A stretch of DNA of 64,000 nt from Candidatus Dojkabacteria bacterium (GCA_050950165.1 JBMNHC010000001.1:657073-721072), one strand, 5' to 3'. Shown: positions 46,667-56,793, counted from the first letter of the stretch. The notes: generated from the sequence alone by a model not told the origin. A program made the numbers and translations.

Positions 46667-49090
46667 ATGAAAAGAATAATTACTTTTAAAAAATACTTTT
46701 TCTATCCACTTCTCGCTATATTTTTCTTAATCATCTCTTTTTTCATTATCAACTTAAATGGTTCTGTAGAAAAAGTATCTGCACAAACATGTCCTCCAGG
46801 TTGCTATTGGAATTCAGGATTTCAAACGTGTACTGGTCCTGGAGGTTGTAGACCAAAAGGAAGTGGTTGCTACAGTGGCGAAGAGGATTGGGGAGCCTAT
46901 TGTTGTGATCCATGCACAGCTAGTTGTGGAACCTGTGGAAACTGTGACCCATATACAAACCCAGGATGTCCTGCCAACTACGGTAGTACTAATACTGGTT
47001 GTTCTTCTACTTCTATCTCCTGTACTAGATATGATGATTGTGGTGCCTGTGGTACTACATCTGGAACATGTTGGCTATTTAAATATACTCTAGCGTATGC
47101 AGCATCTACTGGTGGAAGTCTTTCTGGGACAACATCTCAAAGTGTTTGTAGAGGAAGTAATGGTACTGCGGTTACTGCAAATCCAAGTTCAGGATACTAC
47201 TTTAGAATTTGGAGTGACAATGTAACCTCTAACCCAAGAACAGATACCAATGTTACTGCGAATAAGAGTGTAACTGCTTACTTCAATGGATATCCAACAG
47301 CACCCACATCACTACTTGCTGAAGGAGCTGCCAACCCCACCAGAGTAACAGATACTACACCTGAGTTTAGTGCAATATACAATGACCCTGCTCCTGCTAC
47401 AAACGCTACACACTACAGAATACAGGTAAATACCAACTCATCATTTTCTGGAACAATGATGTGGGATTCTGGACAAACCTCTGTTTCAGCAATCGCTAAT
47501 GGTACTAGATCTCCAGATATATCATACGCTGGTACTGCACTCTCGCTAAATGGTGCAACATATTACTGGAGAATACACTTCTGGGATAGTTATGGAGCTA
47601 TGGGAGCTTGGTCTGCTACTGCACAATTTACTATGAATACTCCACCTTCTAGTCCTACATCACTTCAAGCAGAAGGAGCAACTAATCCTACAGGTGTAAC
47701 AGATACAAGACCAGAGTTTAGAGCAATATTCCAAGATCCAAATACAGGAGATACAGGAAATTACTATGAAATTAATGTAAATACTAACTCATCATTTACT
47801 GGTACTGTAATGTGGAACAGTGGACAGGTAGCAATGACAGCAACAAATATTGGTTCGTACAGTCCATATATTGAATATGCTGGAACAAATCCTTTAGCTT
47901 TAAATGGTACAACATACTACTGGAGAATTAGATTTACAGACAACAATGGAACAGTAGGAGCTTGGTCTGCTACTGCACAATTTACTATGAATACTCCACC
48001 TTCCGCAAACGATCCGAAGGTTAATAACCTAGTTAATCCTACTGGAGTTATCACATTAACACCTAGTTTTACAGCAGCCTTTCAAGATACAGATACAGGA
48101 GATACAGGAAATTACTATGAAATTAATGTAAATACTAACTCATCATTTACTGGTACTGTAATGTGGAATAGTGGGCAACAATCTGTTTCTCCCATAGCTA
48201 TAGGGGCAACATCACCAGCAATAACGTATGGTGGTACTGCACTCTCTTACAATGGAGCTACTTACTACTGGAGAATTAGATTTACAGATAACAATGGAAC
48301 TGTAGGTTCATGGTCTGCTACTGCACAGTTTACTATGAATTCCAATCCATCGTCACCTACTAACTTACTCACAGAGGGTCTAACTAATCCACAAAATGTT
48401 TCAGATATGACACCAGAATTTAGTGCAATATTCCAAGACAGTGATAGTGGGAATACTGGTATATACTATCAAATACATGTAAATACTAACTCTTCATTTA
48501 CTGGAACTAGTATGTGGGATAGTGGAAAAACAAGTATGAGCCCAACAGCCATAGGAGCAAGATCTCCAGACATATCATATGCTGGTACTACACTTACACA
48601 AAGTGGAGAGATATATTACTGGAGAATTAAATTCTGGGATAACTTAAATGTAGAAGGAGAATGGTCTGCAGTAGCTAACTTTAGAGTACAGAGAGCACCC
48701 AATGCACCAACCTCATTGCAGGTAGATGGGTTAACTAATCCTGGATATGTACTCACTTTAACTCCCAATTTCTCTGCAAGATACAACGATGTAAATGGAC
48801 ATGCTGCTACTGCATATGAAATTAATGTTAATACTGCTAATGATTTTTCAGGTACTGTTATGTGGAACTCAGGCAAACAAACTACATCAGTAACAGAAGG
48901 CTCAAGATCTCCAAACTATACATATGCAGGAACGGCTCTACAATCAGATGACACTACATATTACTGGAGGATTAGATTCTGGGATAGTGATGATTTACAG
49001 GGAGATTGGAGTGCTACAAATACTTTTGTTTCTAGATTAAATAGACAACTATTAAAAGGGCTACAGTTAAAAGGATTGAGAGTCAACTAA
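46667..49090 (+). CDS. Surface protein: Cys-rich N-terminus, InlB-B-like repeat, five ~117-aa FN3/Ig-like repeats
   Basis: Repeats of P..L..EG.TNP...VNTNSSF.GT.MW.SG...YYWRIRF.D..G..G.WSA. Confidence 0.8.
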   Translation: MKRIITFKKYFFYPLLAIFFLIISFFIINLNGSVEKVSAQTCPPGCYWNSGFQTCTGPGGCRPKGSGCYSGEEDWGAYCCDPCTASCGTCGNCDPYTNPGCPANYGSTNTGCSSTSISCTRYDDCGACGTTSGTCWLFKYTLAYAASTGGSLSGTTSQSVCRGSNGTAVTANPSSGYYFRIWSDNVTSNPRTDTNVTANKSVTAYFNGYPTAPTSLLAEGAANPTRVTDTTPEFSAIYNDPAPATNATHYRIQVNTNSSFSGTMMWDSGQTSVSAIANGTRSPDISYAGTALSLNGATYYWRIHFWDSYGAMGAWSATAQFTMNTPPSSPTSLQAEGATNPTGVTDTRPEFRAIFQDPNTGDTGNYYEINVNTNSSFTGTVMWNSGQVAMTATNIGSYSPYIEYAGTNPLALNGTTYYWRIRFTDNNGTVGAWSATAQFTMNTPPSANDPKVNNLVNPTGVITLTPSFTAAFQDTDTGDTGNYYEINVNTNSSFTGTVMWNSGQQSVSPIAIGATSPAITYGGTALSYNGATYYWRIRFTDNNGTVGSWSATAQFTMNSNPSSPTNLLTEGLTNPQNVSDMTPEFSAIFQDSDSGNTGIYYQIHVNTNSSFTGTSMWDSGKTSMSPTAIGARSPDISYAGTTLTQSGEIYYWRIKFWDNLNVEGEWSAVANFRVQRAPNAPTSLQVDGLTNPGYVLTLTPNFSARYNDVNGHAATAYEINVNTANDFSGTVMWNSGKQTTSVTEGSRSPNYTYAGTALQSDDTTYYWRIRFWDSDDLQGDWSATNTFVSRLNRQLLKGLQLKGLRVN
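47285..49030 (+). repeat. Five tandem ~351-bp domain repeats
   Basis: 47742-47817 is identical to 48093-48168 (76 nt); other shared blocks present. Confidence 0.85.
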
Positions 49091-49114
49091 TCATATGGTA
49101 AAATCAACAGATTT

Positions 49115-49188
49115 CGGGGAGTAGTTCAGTTGGCTAGAACGCTGCGTTTGGGACGCAGAGGCCGCAGGTTCAAGTCCTGTCTCCCCGA
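49115..49188 (+). tRNA. tRNA-Pro(TGG), CCA not encoded
   Basis: CGGGGAG...CTGCG-TTTGGGA-CGCAG...TTCAAGT...CTCCCCG-A. Confidence 0.95.
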
Positions 49189-49275
49189 TCCCGCTAGCTT
49201 ATAGTGGGAGAAGATTATCTTGTAGTTAAAGATTCGATACTTCTAAAAAGATAACATTATTTTATAATAACTAAT

Positions 49276-49680
49276 ATGGCGATAATTTATTACAAATTTA
49301 AAAGACCAATAAATATAGATAACATCTCGGAAACAGAATTAGAAACATGCCTACTTTTTGCTACTCCCCAAAATATTCCTCCTGGCTTCTTAATCAATAT
49401 TACTCCAGAAGGATGCGAGGAAGAGCATATGCTTGAAACCAAAAGCGACCCTTACAGCACTCGTGAGGACACTATTGCAAAAGTTACAATTGTAAGAAAA
49501 TTAGGAGGAGCAGACTCTAGTCCTGAAGCACGCGAGCAATTACCAGTTGCAACAGAAGCTGAACAGACCTCTTTTACCATTGATGCTAGCAATACACTTC
49601 TTCTTCTTTCGAGATCTTATACCCTAGAAGGAAGAGAGGAAAATTTTGTAGATGGTGTTGTACGATACAAACCTAGTTAA
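49276..49680 (+). CDS. Orphan hypothetical protein; unit E, downstream of tRNA-Pro
   Basis: 134-aa ORF with no motif recognised. Confidence 0.6.
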   Translation: MAIIYYKFKRPINIDNISETELETCLLFATPQNIPPGFLINITPEGCEEEHMLETKSDPYSTREDTIAKVTIVRKLGGADSSPEAREQLPVATEAEQTSFTIDASNTLLLLSRSYTLEGREENFVDGVVRYKPS

Positions 49681-49714
49681 TAACTCCCCTGTTAACAAGA
49701 TTCTCTTCATCTAA

Positions 49715-51844
49715 CTACTTTCTGATAAATATTCCTTGTGCACTCTGCAAAGTAAAATCTTCACCATATATACTCTCATTACTCTCTTCTCTTCTGTACT
49801 GGAATCTGCCTAACTCATATGACCATGTCGCTACTGTATCAATATCTATACTACTTTTTTCTAATTTAGAAATTAGACCAGACGCACTACGAGCATTAGT
49901 ATAAAGAGAACCACCAACTAAATTCCATCCCTGGGAAGGCTGTGCATATGTACTACTTGAATCTCTCCAGCCATCTACCTCTAAAACAATATCTGCACTA
50001 GAGACAATTAGATATCCTTTGGATTGAACTAAGCTAAAGTCATTTCCAGCAAAAGGTAAATCTGCTGATCGTTTAACTAAACTCTTCCAATCATACGCTT
50101 CGAAATCTCCAACAAGCTCTATTGAACTATTTTTAGAAAGAAGTACCGATGCTAGCATAGGGGAAGTTTGATGGAGAGGAGAGAAATCAAACCCTACAAA
50201 ATTTACACCCTTTTTAAGAACAATCTTGTATACAGAGATACTATTTCTAGCTTCACAAGCACTCTGAGTATTTACATCTTTTAGAAAATCCTCCCCTATA
50301 CTCTTAGAAAGCCACTGATATTTAGCATCTCTAAAAAAACAAGCCTTGTTATCTACTAACTCCTTACACTCCTGAAATGTAGATGCCGATGGAATAGGGG
50401 ATTGGCAAGACTCTTTAGGATACCATTTTATATCACTGGGTAGTTGGCAACAAACCCCTTCATACTCTACTTCACAAGCATTCTCTACTCGCCCCTTTAT
50501 CTCAACAGAGTACTCTAGTACTCCTCCGAAAAGAGGCCTACCACTTTGCCACACTTCAGAACAACTTTTACCTTGTGCATTATTCTCATAGTCTCCTCTG
50601 AACTTCTCTTGATTAGATATCTTTAATGCACAGCACAGTGGTCCAGATGGAGCACTCCACTGACCTCCAGAAGTATCTTGATTCCCTTCTTGGGATTTGG
50701 GTAACCCTACTACTTGAGAAGGAAGTTTCCTACCATTTGTTACTAATCCGTAAACAGACTCTATCGCTTTGTAATAGTCAATTCCTACCTGTCGTTTAAC
50801 AGGATCATCTGTATTGCAACTTCCCCACCTATACATATTTCCCCACGCTTCCCAGAATGAAAGACCTGGACAGTTATACTCAAACTTTAATTTTAGAAAA
50901 TACTCTATCTGTGCATTAAAATCCTGTGGAGGTGCAGATCCCTGCCCATGTATACCGAAATCTTCAATCATACCCATCAGTGAAGAGTTATGAGTATAGT
51001 TACTAGCTCCAGATTCATTAAGCCAAATCGTTAATGCAAAAGCAGGATCTACCCCTTCTCTCTTTGCTCGATATATTACATCATTAAAACACTCTAATGC
51101 ATGATGCTTACCCCTTGAGGCTGTCCACCTAGTTGCTAAATCTGCAAACTGTTCTTTTGTTAAACCATCAATAGATTGAGCAGGAACTTTCTGATTACAA
51201 TTAATATCACTAGCAAAAACAGAGTTGTTAGACACACTTGATAGATTGCTTAAATATTTAATATCCTCTACCTCAAAGCTATCTCCCTGCTCTACAATAC
51301 CTCCCAAATCTATAACTCCTCCACCAAACCTATTCGTTAAAACACTCCTTATCTCCCTCTTACCATCTCCTTGTACAACAACATACACTATCTCATTGGG
51401 TAAACCCTTTACCTCCTCAGCCAATGGCAAGGCTATCTCTTCTTCCTCTTCTTTTGTGTTAAAAACAAAATCTTCTACTAGGTATTGCTCTAAATTGCTA
51501 CTATTTTTAATCAAAACCTCTTCCCATACCCTACCTTCTCCATCTGATATCTTAAAAGTATACCTGCTTTGAGGCTTCAATCCTCTTAACACCACCCTAT
51601 GAAACCTCTCTAGATTTTCACTACCCCACTCTTTCTCACTCTCTCCAATTCTAAGGTAAGAGGGAAGTTCTTTTTTTGTTTTCCATGATACTGTTGCTGA
51701 ATCAGATTTTATATCTGAAAGAATTACATCATACGGAGAGTTATTTACATACTCCCTATACTTAAAATATCTAAATCCTGCAAATGAAAGAAGTAGTAAA
51801 GAAAAAAGTATTCCTAAAGATATGGTTACTGTTTTTTTCTTCAT
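49715..51844 (-). CDS. Membrane-anchored surface protein with FN3-like domain and lysozyme/transglycosylase-like core
   Basis: SATVSWKT...HRVVLRGLKP; AKREGVDPAFALTIWLNESG; GVNFV/GWNLVG C-terminal domain. Confidence 0.72.
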   Translation of the reverse strand: MKKKTVTISLGILFSLLLLSFAGFRYFKYREYVNNSPYDVILSDIKSDSATVSWKTKKELPSYLRIGESEKEWGSENLERFHRVVLRGLKPQSRYTFKISDGEGRVWEEVLIKNSSNLEQYLVEDFVFNTKEEEEEIALPLAEEVKGLPNEIVYVVVQGDGKREIRSVLTNRFGGGVIDLGGIVEQGDSFEVEDIKYLSNLSSVSNNSVFASDINCNQKVPAQSIDGLTKEQFADLATRWTASRGKHHALECFNDVIYRAKREGVDPAFALTIWLNESGASNYTHNSSLMGMIEDFGIHGQGSAPPQDFNAQIEYFLKLKFEYNCPGLSFWEAWGNMYRWGSCNTDDPVKRQVGIDYYKAIESVYGLVTNGRKLPSQVVGLPKSQEGNQDTSGGQWSAPSGPLCCALKISNQEKFRGDYENNAQGKSCSEVWQSGRPLFGGVLEYSVEIKGRVENACEVEYEGVCCQLPSDIKWYPKESCQSPIPSASTFQECKELVDNKACFFRDAKYQWLSKSIGEDFLKDVNTQSACEARNSISVYKIVLKKGVNFVGFDFSPLHQTSPMLASVLLSKNSSIELVGDFEAYDWKSLVKRSADLPFAGNDFSLVQSKGYLIVSSADIVLEVDGWRDSSSTYAQPSQGWNLVGGSLYTNARSASGLISKLEKSSIDIDTVATWSYELGRFQYRREESNESIYGEDFTLQSAQGIFIRK

Positions 51845-52557
51845 TATCTCTCAGCTAATATTAAATAGATGGTAGGTAAATCTAATATATTTATATCCTT
51901 TCTCTTTTTCCACTCCCCTATCTTATCAGTTTTAATACTCTCTTGCTCCCCTGTTATATCTCTTGCTACACAAAGAAGAGTACCACTATTACAAACAGCT
52001 AGAATATCATTAAAAAGAACCCTATTCCTATACGGAGCCTCTATGAATATCTGAGTCATATTCTTTCTTGCAGACTCTCTCTCTAACCTCTTTATTCTCC
52101 CCCTTCTTCTCTCTGCTTCTTTAGGAAGATATCCTGAGAATGAGAAAGACTGACCATTTAAACCAGAGGCTGAAAGAGCAAGCACTATTGAAGAGGGTCC
52201 TACAAGAGGAACTACTTCAATCCCCACCCTGTGACACTCTCTAACCAGTAGCGCACCTGGATCTGCAATACCAGGAGTACCTGCATCACTCATTAATCCT
52301 ACATTAAATCCCTCTACAAGTGGCGTAAGTAAGGTTTGAATATCCTTTTTTCTAGTATGCTCATCTAATATCTGCATATTTAACTCTTGTAGTACAATAC
52401 CCATTCCAGAGAGTGCAAATCTAGCACTCTTAGGTGTTTCCACTATGAAGTGTTTTAATCTCTTCACTATCTCCAAATCTCTCTCTCTTAGTTCATCTTT
52501 CAATATTCTTTTGCTTAGAGATGTTGGTATTAAGTAAAGAGTACCAAAATTTTTCAT
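51844..52557 (-). CDS. rsmI: RsmI-like 16S rRNA methyltransferase (tetrapyrrole methylase fold)
   Basis: LYLIPT, MSDAGTPGIADPG, GPSS, FIEAPYR. Confidence 0.8.
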   Translation of the reverse strand: MKNFGTLYLIPTSLSKRILKDELRERDLEIVKRLKHFIVETPKSARFALSGMGIVLQELNMQILDEHTRKKDIQTLLTPLVEGFNVGLMSDAGTPGIADPGALLVRECHRVGIEVVPLVGPSSIVLALSASGLNGQSFSFSGYLPKEAERRRGRIKRLERESARKNMTQIFIEAPYRNRVLFNDILAVCNSGTLLCVARDITGEQESIKTDKIGEWKKRKDINILDLPTIYLILAER

Positions 52558-54336
52558 TTAATATGTTCTATCAAAATTCATATCAATATCACTCAAGCTC
52601 ATTTTCCACACAACAGGTCTTCCGTGTGGACAGCTATACGGATTTTTACACTCAACTAAACTGTTGTATATATCTAGCATCTCTTCTCTCCTTAACTTCT
52701 GTCCACTTCTTACACTAGTATGACAAGCCATAGTTGCATAGATATCTTCTCTAAGTCTCTCTAATTCATTAGATATATTCTCAATATCATCAGTAAGGGC
52801 AAATACCTCTTCAAAGAGTTTCTTAAAATCTGCATCTAAAAACTCTACAGGAGTAGAACTAACTAAAACTTTACTTCCCTTCAGTTCATACTCAAAACCT
52901 AACTCATTAAAAAATTCCTTTGTTTGCTTCATTCCCTCTATCTCTAAAGTAGAGAGTGTAATCTCAAACGGAACTAAAAACTTCTGCCTCTCTATCCCTG
53001 TTCTGTTTTTTAGTTTCTCAAACGTAATCCTCTCTGCAGCTGCATGCTGATCTATAACCCAGAGAGTATCTTCGCTAAATTCTACTACAATATATTTATT
53101 AAATATCTGAAAAATATCTCTTACAGACAATTTCTCTTCTTTCTGAGGAATATATTCTTCTAAACCCTTACTACTAAAAGAAGGAGCTAGTGCTTCCTTA
53201 GTAAAAAGTAAACTGTCTTGTACTGAATCTTTACCTCTTTTGCCTACATATATGTCCATGGGGGCATACTGCTTTGGTAAAGGCATTACAGGCTCTCTAC
53301 TAGCTTCTTTTCTGTATGAGGTAGCACTCTCTAAAGATTTCTTAACTGCTTGTTCTACAGCAATGTATACCCTAAAGGGATTAAGAAATCTTACTTCCTC
53401 TTTCCTAGGATGAACATTTACATCTACTAACTTAGAATCTATATCTAAAAGGAGTATGAAAGGGACTCTTTGGCCTGAAGGAATATATCTTGCAAACCCT
53501 TGATATATTGCTCTGTTAACTCCGCTATCTCTAACAGGTCTTCTATTAACAAAAAGATACTGATTAGCAGATCCTTTCTGATGCAAAGAGGGATGTCCTA
53601 CAAACCCAGTAATCTTTAGTCCTGCTCCATCGGAGTAAACCTTTAGCATATTCTTTACAAACTCACCACTTAATACCTCTTTAACTCTTCTCTCATCAAT
53701 ATCTCCTTCCTTACTTGAGGGAATCTCTTTCAAATCAAAGATCTTTTTACCATCCTTAATTAAAACAAAATGAATATTTGGATATATTAAAAAGTATGGA
53801 ATTAGAACCTCTAATATCTTCTTGTACTCTGTATCTGCACTCTTAAGAAATTTCTTTCTAGCAGGAACCCTCTCAAACAGATTCTCTACAACAACTACTG
53901 TACCTTGCTCTTTAGCACTACTCTTTACTACCTTCTCATTCTTACTTGTAAGCGATACAGAAGCCCCAATCTCTTCATTAATATATTTAGATGATATCTC
54001 TACAGTAGAAACAGAAGATATTGTAGAGAGTGCCTCACCTCTAAAACCCATTGTTAAGAGTGAGTTTAAATCTTCAAAAGTAGATATTTTAGAAGTAGTA
54101 TGTGAATCAAAAATATACTCTAAATTCTCCTTAGGAATTCCTATACCGTTATCTCCTACCCTAATCTTTTTCATTCCACCCATTTCAATCTCTACCTCTA
54201 TTCTAGTTGCCTTTGCATCAATACAGTTGTCTACAAGCTCTTTAACTACAGATGCAGGTCTCTCTACAACCTCACCAGCAGCTATCTTGTTAACTAACTC
54301 TTGAGGTAATCTTTTTAATACAACTTTATCTTCCAT
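52558..54336 (-). CDS. mutL: DNA mismatch repair endonuclease MutL
   Basis: IAAGEVVERP, GFRGEAL, DVNVHP, DQHAAAERI, CPHGRP. Confidence 0.96.
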   Translation of the reverse strand: MEDKVVLKRLPQELVNKIAAGEVVERPASVVKELVDNCIDAKATRIEVEIEMGGMKKIRVGDNGIGIPKENLEYIFDSHTTSKISTFEDLNSLLTMGFRGEALSTISSVSTVEISSKYINEEIGASVSLTSKNEKVVKSSAKEQGTVVVVENLFERVPARKKFLKSADTEYKKILEVLIPYFLIYPNIHFVLIKDGKKIFDLKEIPSSKEGDIDERRVKEVLSGEFVKNMLKVYSDGAGLKITGFVGHPSLHQKGSANQYLFVNRRPVRDSGVNRAIYQGFARYIPSGQRVPFILLLDIDSKLVDVNVHPRKEEVRFLNPFRVYIAVEQAVKKSLESATSYRKEASREPVMPLPKQYAPMDIYVGKRGKDSVQDSLLFTKEALAPSFSSKGLEEYIPQKEEKLSVRDIFQIFNKYIVVEFSEDTLWVIDQHAAAERITFEKLKNRTGIERQKFLVPFEITLSTLEIEGMKQTKEFFNELGFEYELKGSKVLVSSTPVEFLDADFKKLFEEVFALTDDIENISNELERLREDIYATMACHTSVRSGQKLRREEMLDIYNSLVECKNPYSCPHGRPVVWKMSLSDIDMNFDRTY

Positions 54337-54383
54337 ACAAAACATTTTAACACAGAAAGGATATATTCTGTTAAAATCTATGC

Positions 54384-56351
54384 ATGATTGAAGAAAAGTT
54401 CAAATTAGAAAGCAAATTTACTCCATCAAAGGACCAGAGTTTAGCTATTAACTCACTAGTACAAAATTTAAAAGAAGGAAGTAAAAGACAGGTATTACTA
54501 GGAACAACAGGCTCAGGTAAAACCTTTGTAATGGCTCACGTTATTCAAAATTTGCAGAGACCTACACTAGTACTCTCTCATAACAAGACATTAGCAGCAC
54601 AACTCTATGAAGAGTTTAAGGAATTTTTTCCTAACAATGCAGTAAAATATTTCGTCTCCTACTATGATTACTACTTACCAGAATCATATATCCCTGCAAG
54701 AGATCTGTATATAGAGAAGGAATCGGAAGTTAACAAAGAGATTGAAAAACTAAGATACAGTGCTATGAATGCTGCTAGAACAAGAAGAGATACCATTGTA
54801 GTAGCTTCTGTATCTTGTATTTACAATATTGGGAGTCCAGATAACTATGAAAACAGAAGTATGGAGATACGTATTGGTCAAAATATCGATATCTCTACAT
54901 TAACTAATCAACTTACATTCCTTAGATATGAAAGAGAGAGTACTGACTTGATATCTGGAACTTTCATCATACGAGGTGATACTGTAGATATATATATGCC
55001 GTATGAAGAATTTCCCATTCGTATTGAGTTTTGGGGTAACGAGATAGAGAATATTGCGTATATAGATGGTATATCCAAACAGGAAATTGCTAAGGTAGAC
55101 AACCTAGATATATTTCCTGCTACACCACTTGTATATGATGCAGACACTATGGCCAAAGCTATCGAGGGTATTGAGAGAGATTTAGAAAAGAGAGTATCTT
55201 TTCTTAAAAATATTAAAAAGGATTTAGAAGCGCATAGGTTAGAGCAGAAAACTAAATATGATATTGAGATGATGAAAGAGATAGGGTACTGCAAGAGTAT
55301 GGAGAACTACTCAATATATTTCGATGGCAGAAGACCTGGCGAGCCTCCGTATACCCTACTGGATTACTTTCCAAAGAATTACATGCTCTTTGTTGATGAA
55401 TCACATATCACAGTTCCACAATTAGAGGGTATGTACAATGGAGATAGGGCAAGAAAAACCAATTTAATTGAATATGGATTTAGATTACCTACAGCATATG
55501 ACAACAGACCTCTGAACTTTAGTGAGTTTAGAAAGAAACAAACAGACACAATATATTACTCTGCTACACCTAGTGAGTGGGAGATTAGGGATAGCTCTAA
55601 CAAGGTAGTAGAGCTTCTAACTAGGCCAACAGGTCTTTTAGATCCCTCTGTAGAGATAAGGGAGACTAAAAATCAGATAGATGATCTAATTAAAGAGGTA
55701 AGAGAGAATGTAGAGAGAAAAGAAAGAGTATTAATTACTACATTAACTAAGAGAATGGCAGAAGACTTAACAGAATATCTTAAGGATTACGACCTTAAGG
55801 TAGCATATCTTCACTCAGAGATAGATACAATTGAAAGAGTAGAGATACTCAGAGATTTAAGATTAGGAGAATACGATGTTCTAGTAGGTATTAACTTACT
55901 AAGAGAGGGTATTGATCTTCCAGAAGTTTCTTTAGTAATCATTTTAGATGCAGACAAGGAAGGTTTTTTAAGATCTAAAACTAGCTTAATTCAAACCATC
56001 GGTAGAGCAGCTAGACATGTGAATGGAAGAGTTATTATGTACGCAGACAAAGAAACAGAAAGTATGAAGTATGCAATTGAAGAAACTAACAGGAGAAGAG
56101 CTTATCAAGAGAAGTATAACAGAGAGAATAATATTATACCTAAATCAATTAAAAAAGAGATTAGAGACCCACTTGTAGAAAAAGAGATTATGGAGAAAAA
56201 AGCTTTAGATATTGAAGTAGAAAAGCTATCTGAAAGACAGAGAACATTAATGAAGAAAGATCTTAAAGAGAAAATGCTTCTTGCAGCAGAGAATCTACAG
56301 TTTGAGAAAGCAGCAGAGATTAGAGATAAAATAAAAGAGCTGAGTATTTAG
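54384..56351 (+). CDS. uvrB: Excinuclease ABC subunit B
   Basis: GTTGSGKT, FVSYYDYY, DESH, GINLLREG, IGRAAR, UVR domain. Confidence 0.97.
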   Translation: MIEEKFKLESKFTPSKDQSLAINSLVQNLKEGSKRQVLLGTTGSGKTFVMAHVIQNLQRPTLVLSHNKTLAAQLYEEFKEFFPNNAVKYFVSYYDYYLPESYIPARDLYIEKESEVNKEIEKLRYSAMNAARTRRDTIVVASVSCIYNIGSPDNYENRSMEIRIGQNIDISTLTNQLTFLRYERESTDLISGTFIIRGDTVDIYMPYEEFPIRIEFWGNEIENIAYIDGISKQEIAKVDNLDIFPATPLVYDADTMAKAIEGIERDLEKRVSFLKNIKKDLEAHRLEQKTKYDIEMMKEIGYCKSMENYSIYFDGRRPGEPPYTLLDYFPKNYMLFVDESHITVPQLEGMYNGDRARKTNLIEYGFRLPTAYDNRPLNFSEFRKKQTDTIYYSATPSEWEIRDSSNKVVELLTRPTGLLDPSVEIRETKNQIDDLIKEVRENVERKERVLITTLTKRMAEDLTEYLKDYDLKVAYLHSEIDTIERVEILRDLRLGEYDVLVGINLLREGIDLPEVSLVIILDADKEGFLRSKTSLIQTIGRAARHVNGRVIMYADKETESMKYAIEETNRRRAYQEKYNRENNIIPKSIKKEIRDPLVEKEIMEKKALDIEVEKLSERQRTLMKKDLKEKMLLAAENLQFEKAAEIRDKIKELSI

Positions 56352-56386
56352 CTCAGCCCTTCTAATTTCAATATTTTTAATACTGA

Positions 56387-56680
56387 TTACCTGTAGAAAT
56401 CATCCTTTCTACCTTCTCTATCGTTATGCTCTCGAGGAGGCCTTGCAATAGAGACATTGATAGCTCTTCCGTCAACCTCTTTACCATTTAACTGGTCGAT
56501 AGCTGCTTGTGCTAACTCTTCAGTAGCCATAGTGACAAAACCAAATCCTTTGGATCTGTTCTTGAACTTGTCTACTATAACCTTTGCTTCAGTCACTTCT
56601 CCTACTTCAGAGAAGATCTCTAACAAAGATTGATCTGTTGTAGACCATGGAAGGTTTCCAACAAACAATTTGTTCTCCAT
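56387..56680 (-). CDS. RRM RNA-binding protein
   Basis: LFVGNL (RNP2), KGFGFV (RNP1). Confidence 0.92.
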   Translation of the reverse strand: MENKLFVGNLPWSTTDQSLLEIFSEVGEVTEAKVIVDKFKNRSKGFGFVTMATEELAQAAIDQLNGKEVDGRAINVSIARPPREHNDREGRKDDFYR

Positions 56681-56793
56681 TTATATATAAATAAAAAATA
56701 AAAAGACTACGGATAAGCACTACCTAAAGGTAACCTACACAGGGTATTATGACTAATACCTTTCTTAACATAGACATTTATATTATACCACAT

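Noticed and set aside
47285-49030. Direct repeats as a CRISPR array or DGR template/variable pair
   Set aside because: In-frame 351-bp protein domain repeats; no spacers, no adenine-specific mismatch pattern noticed, no RT or cas genes
49681-49692. CTCCCC as an att duplication of the tRNA-Pro 3' end
   Set aside because: Only a 6-nt match and no integrase nearby
54345-54377. Palindrome between mutL and uvrB as an SOS operator
   Set aside because: Largely explained by two divergent TGnTAAAAT -10 boxes; it does not match the GTATAC motif at lexA
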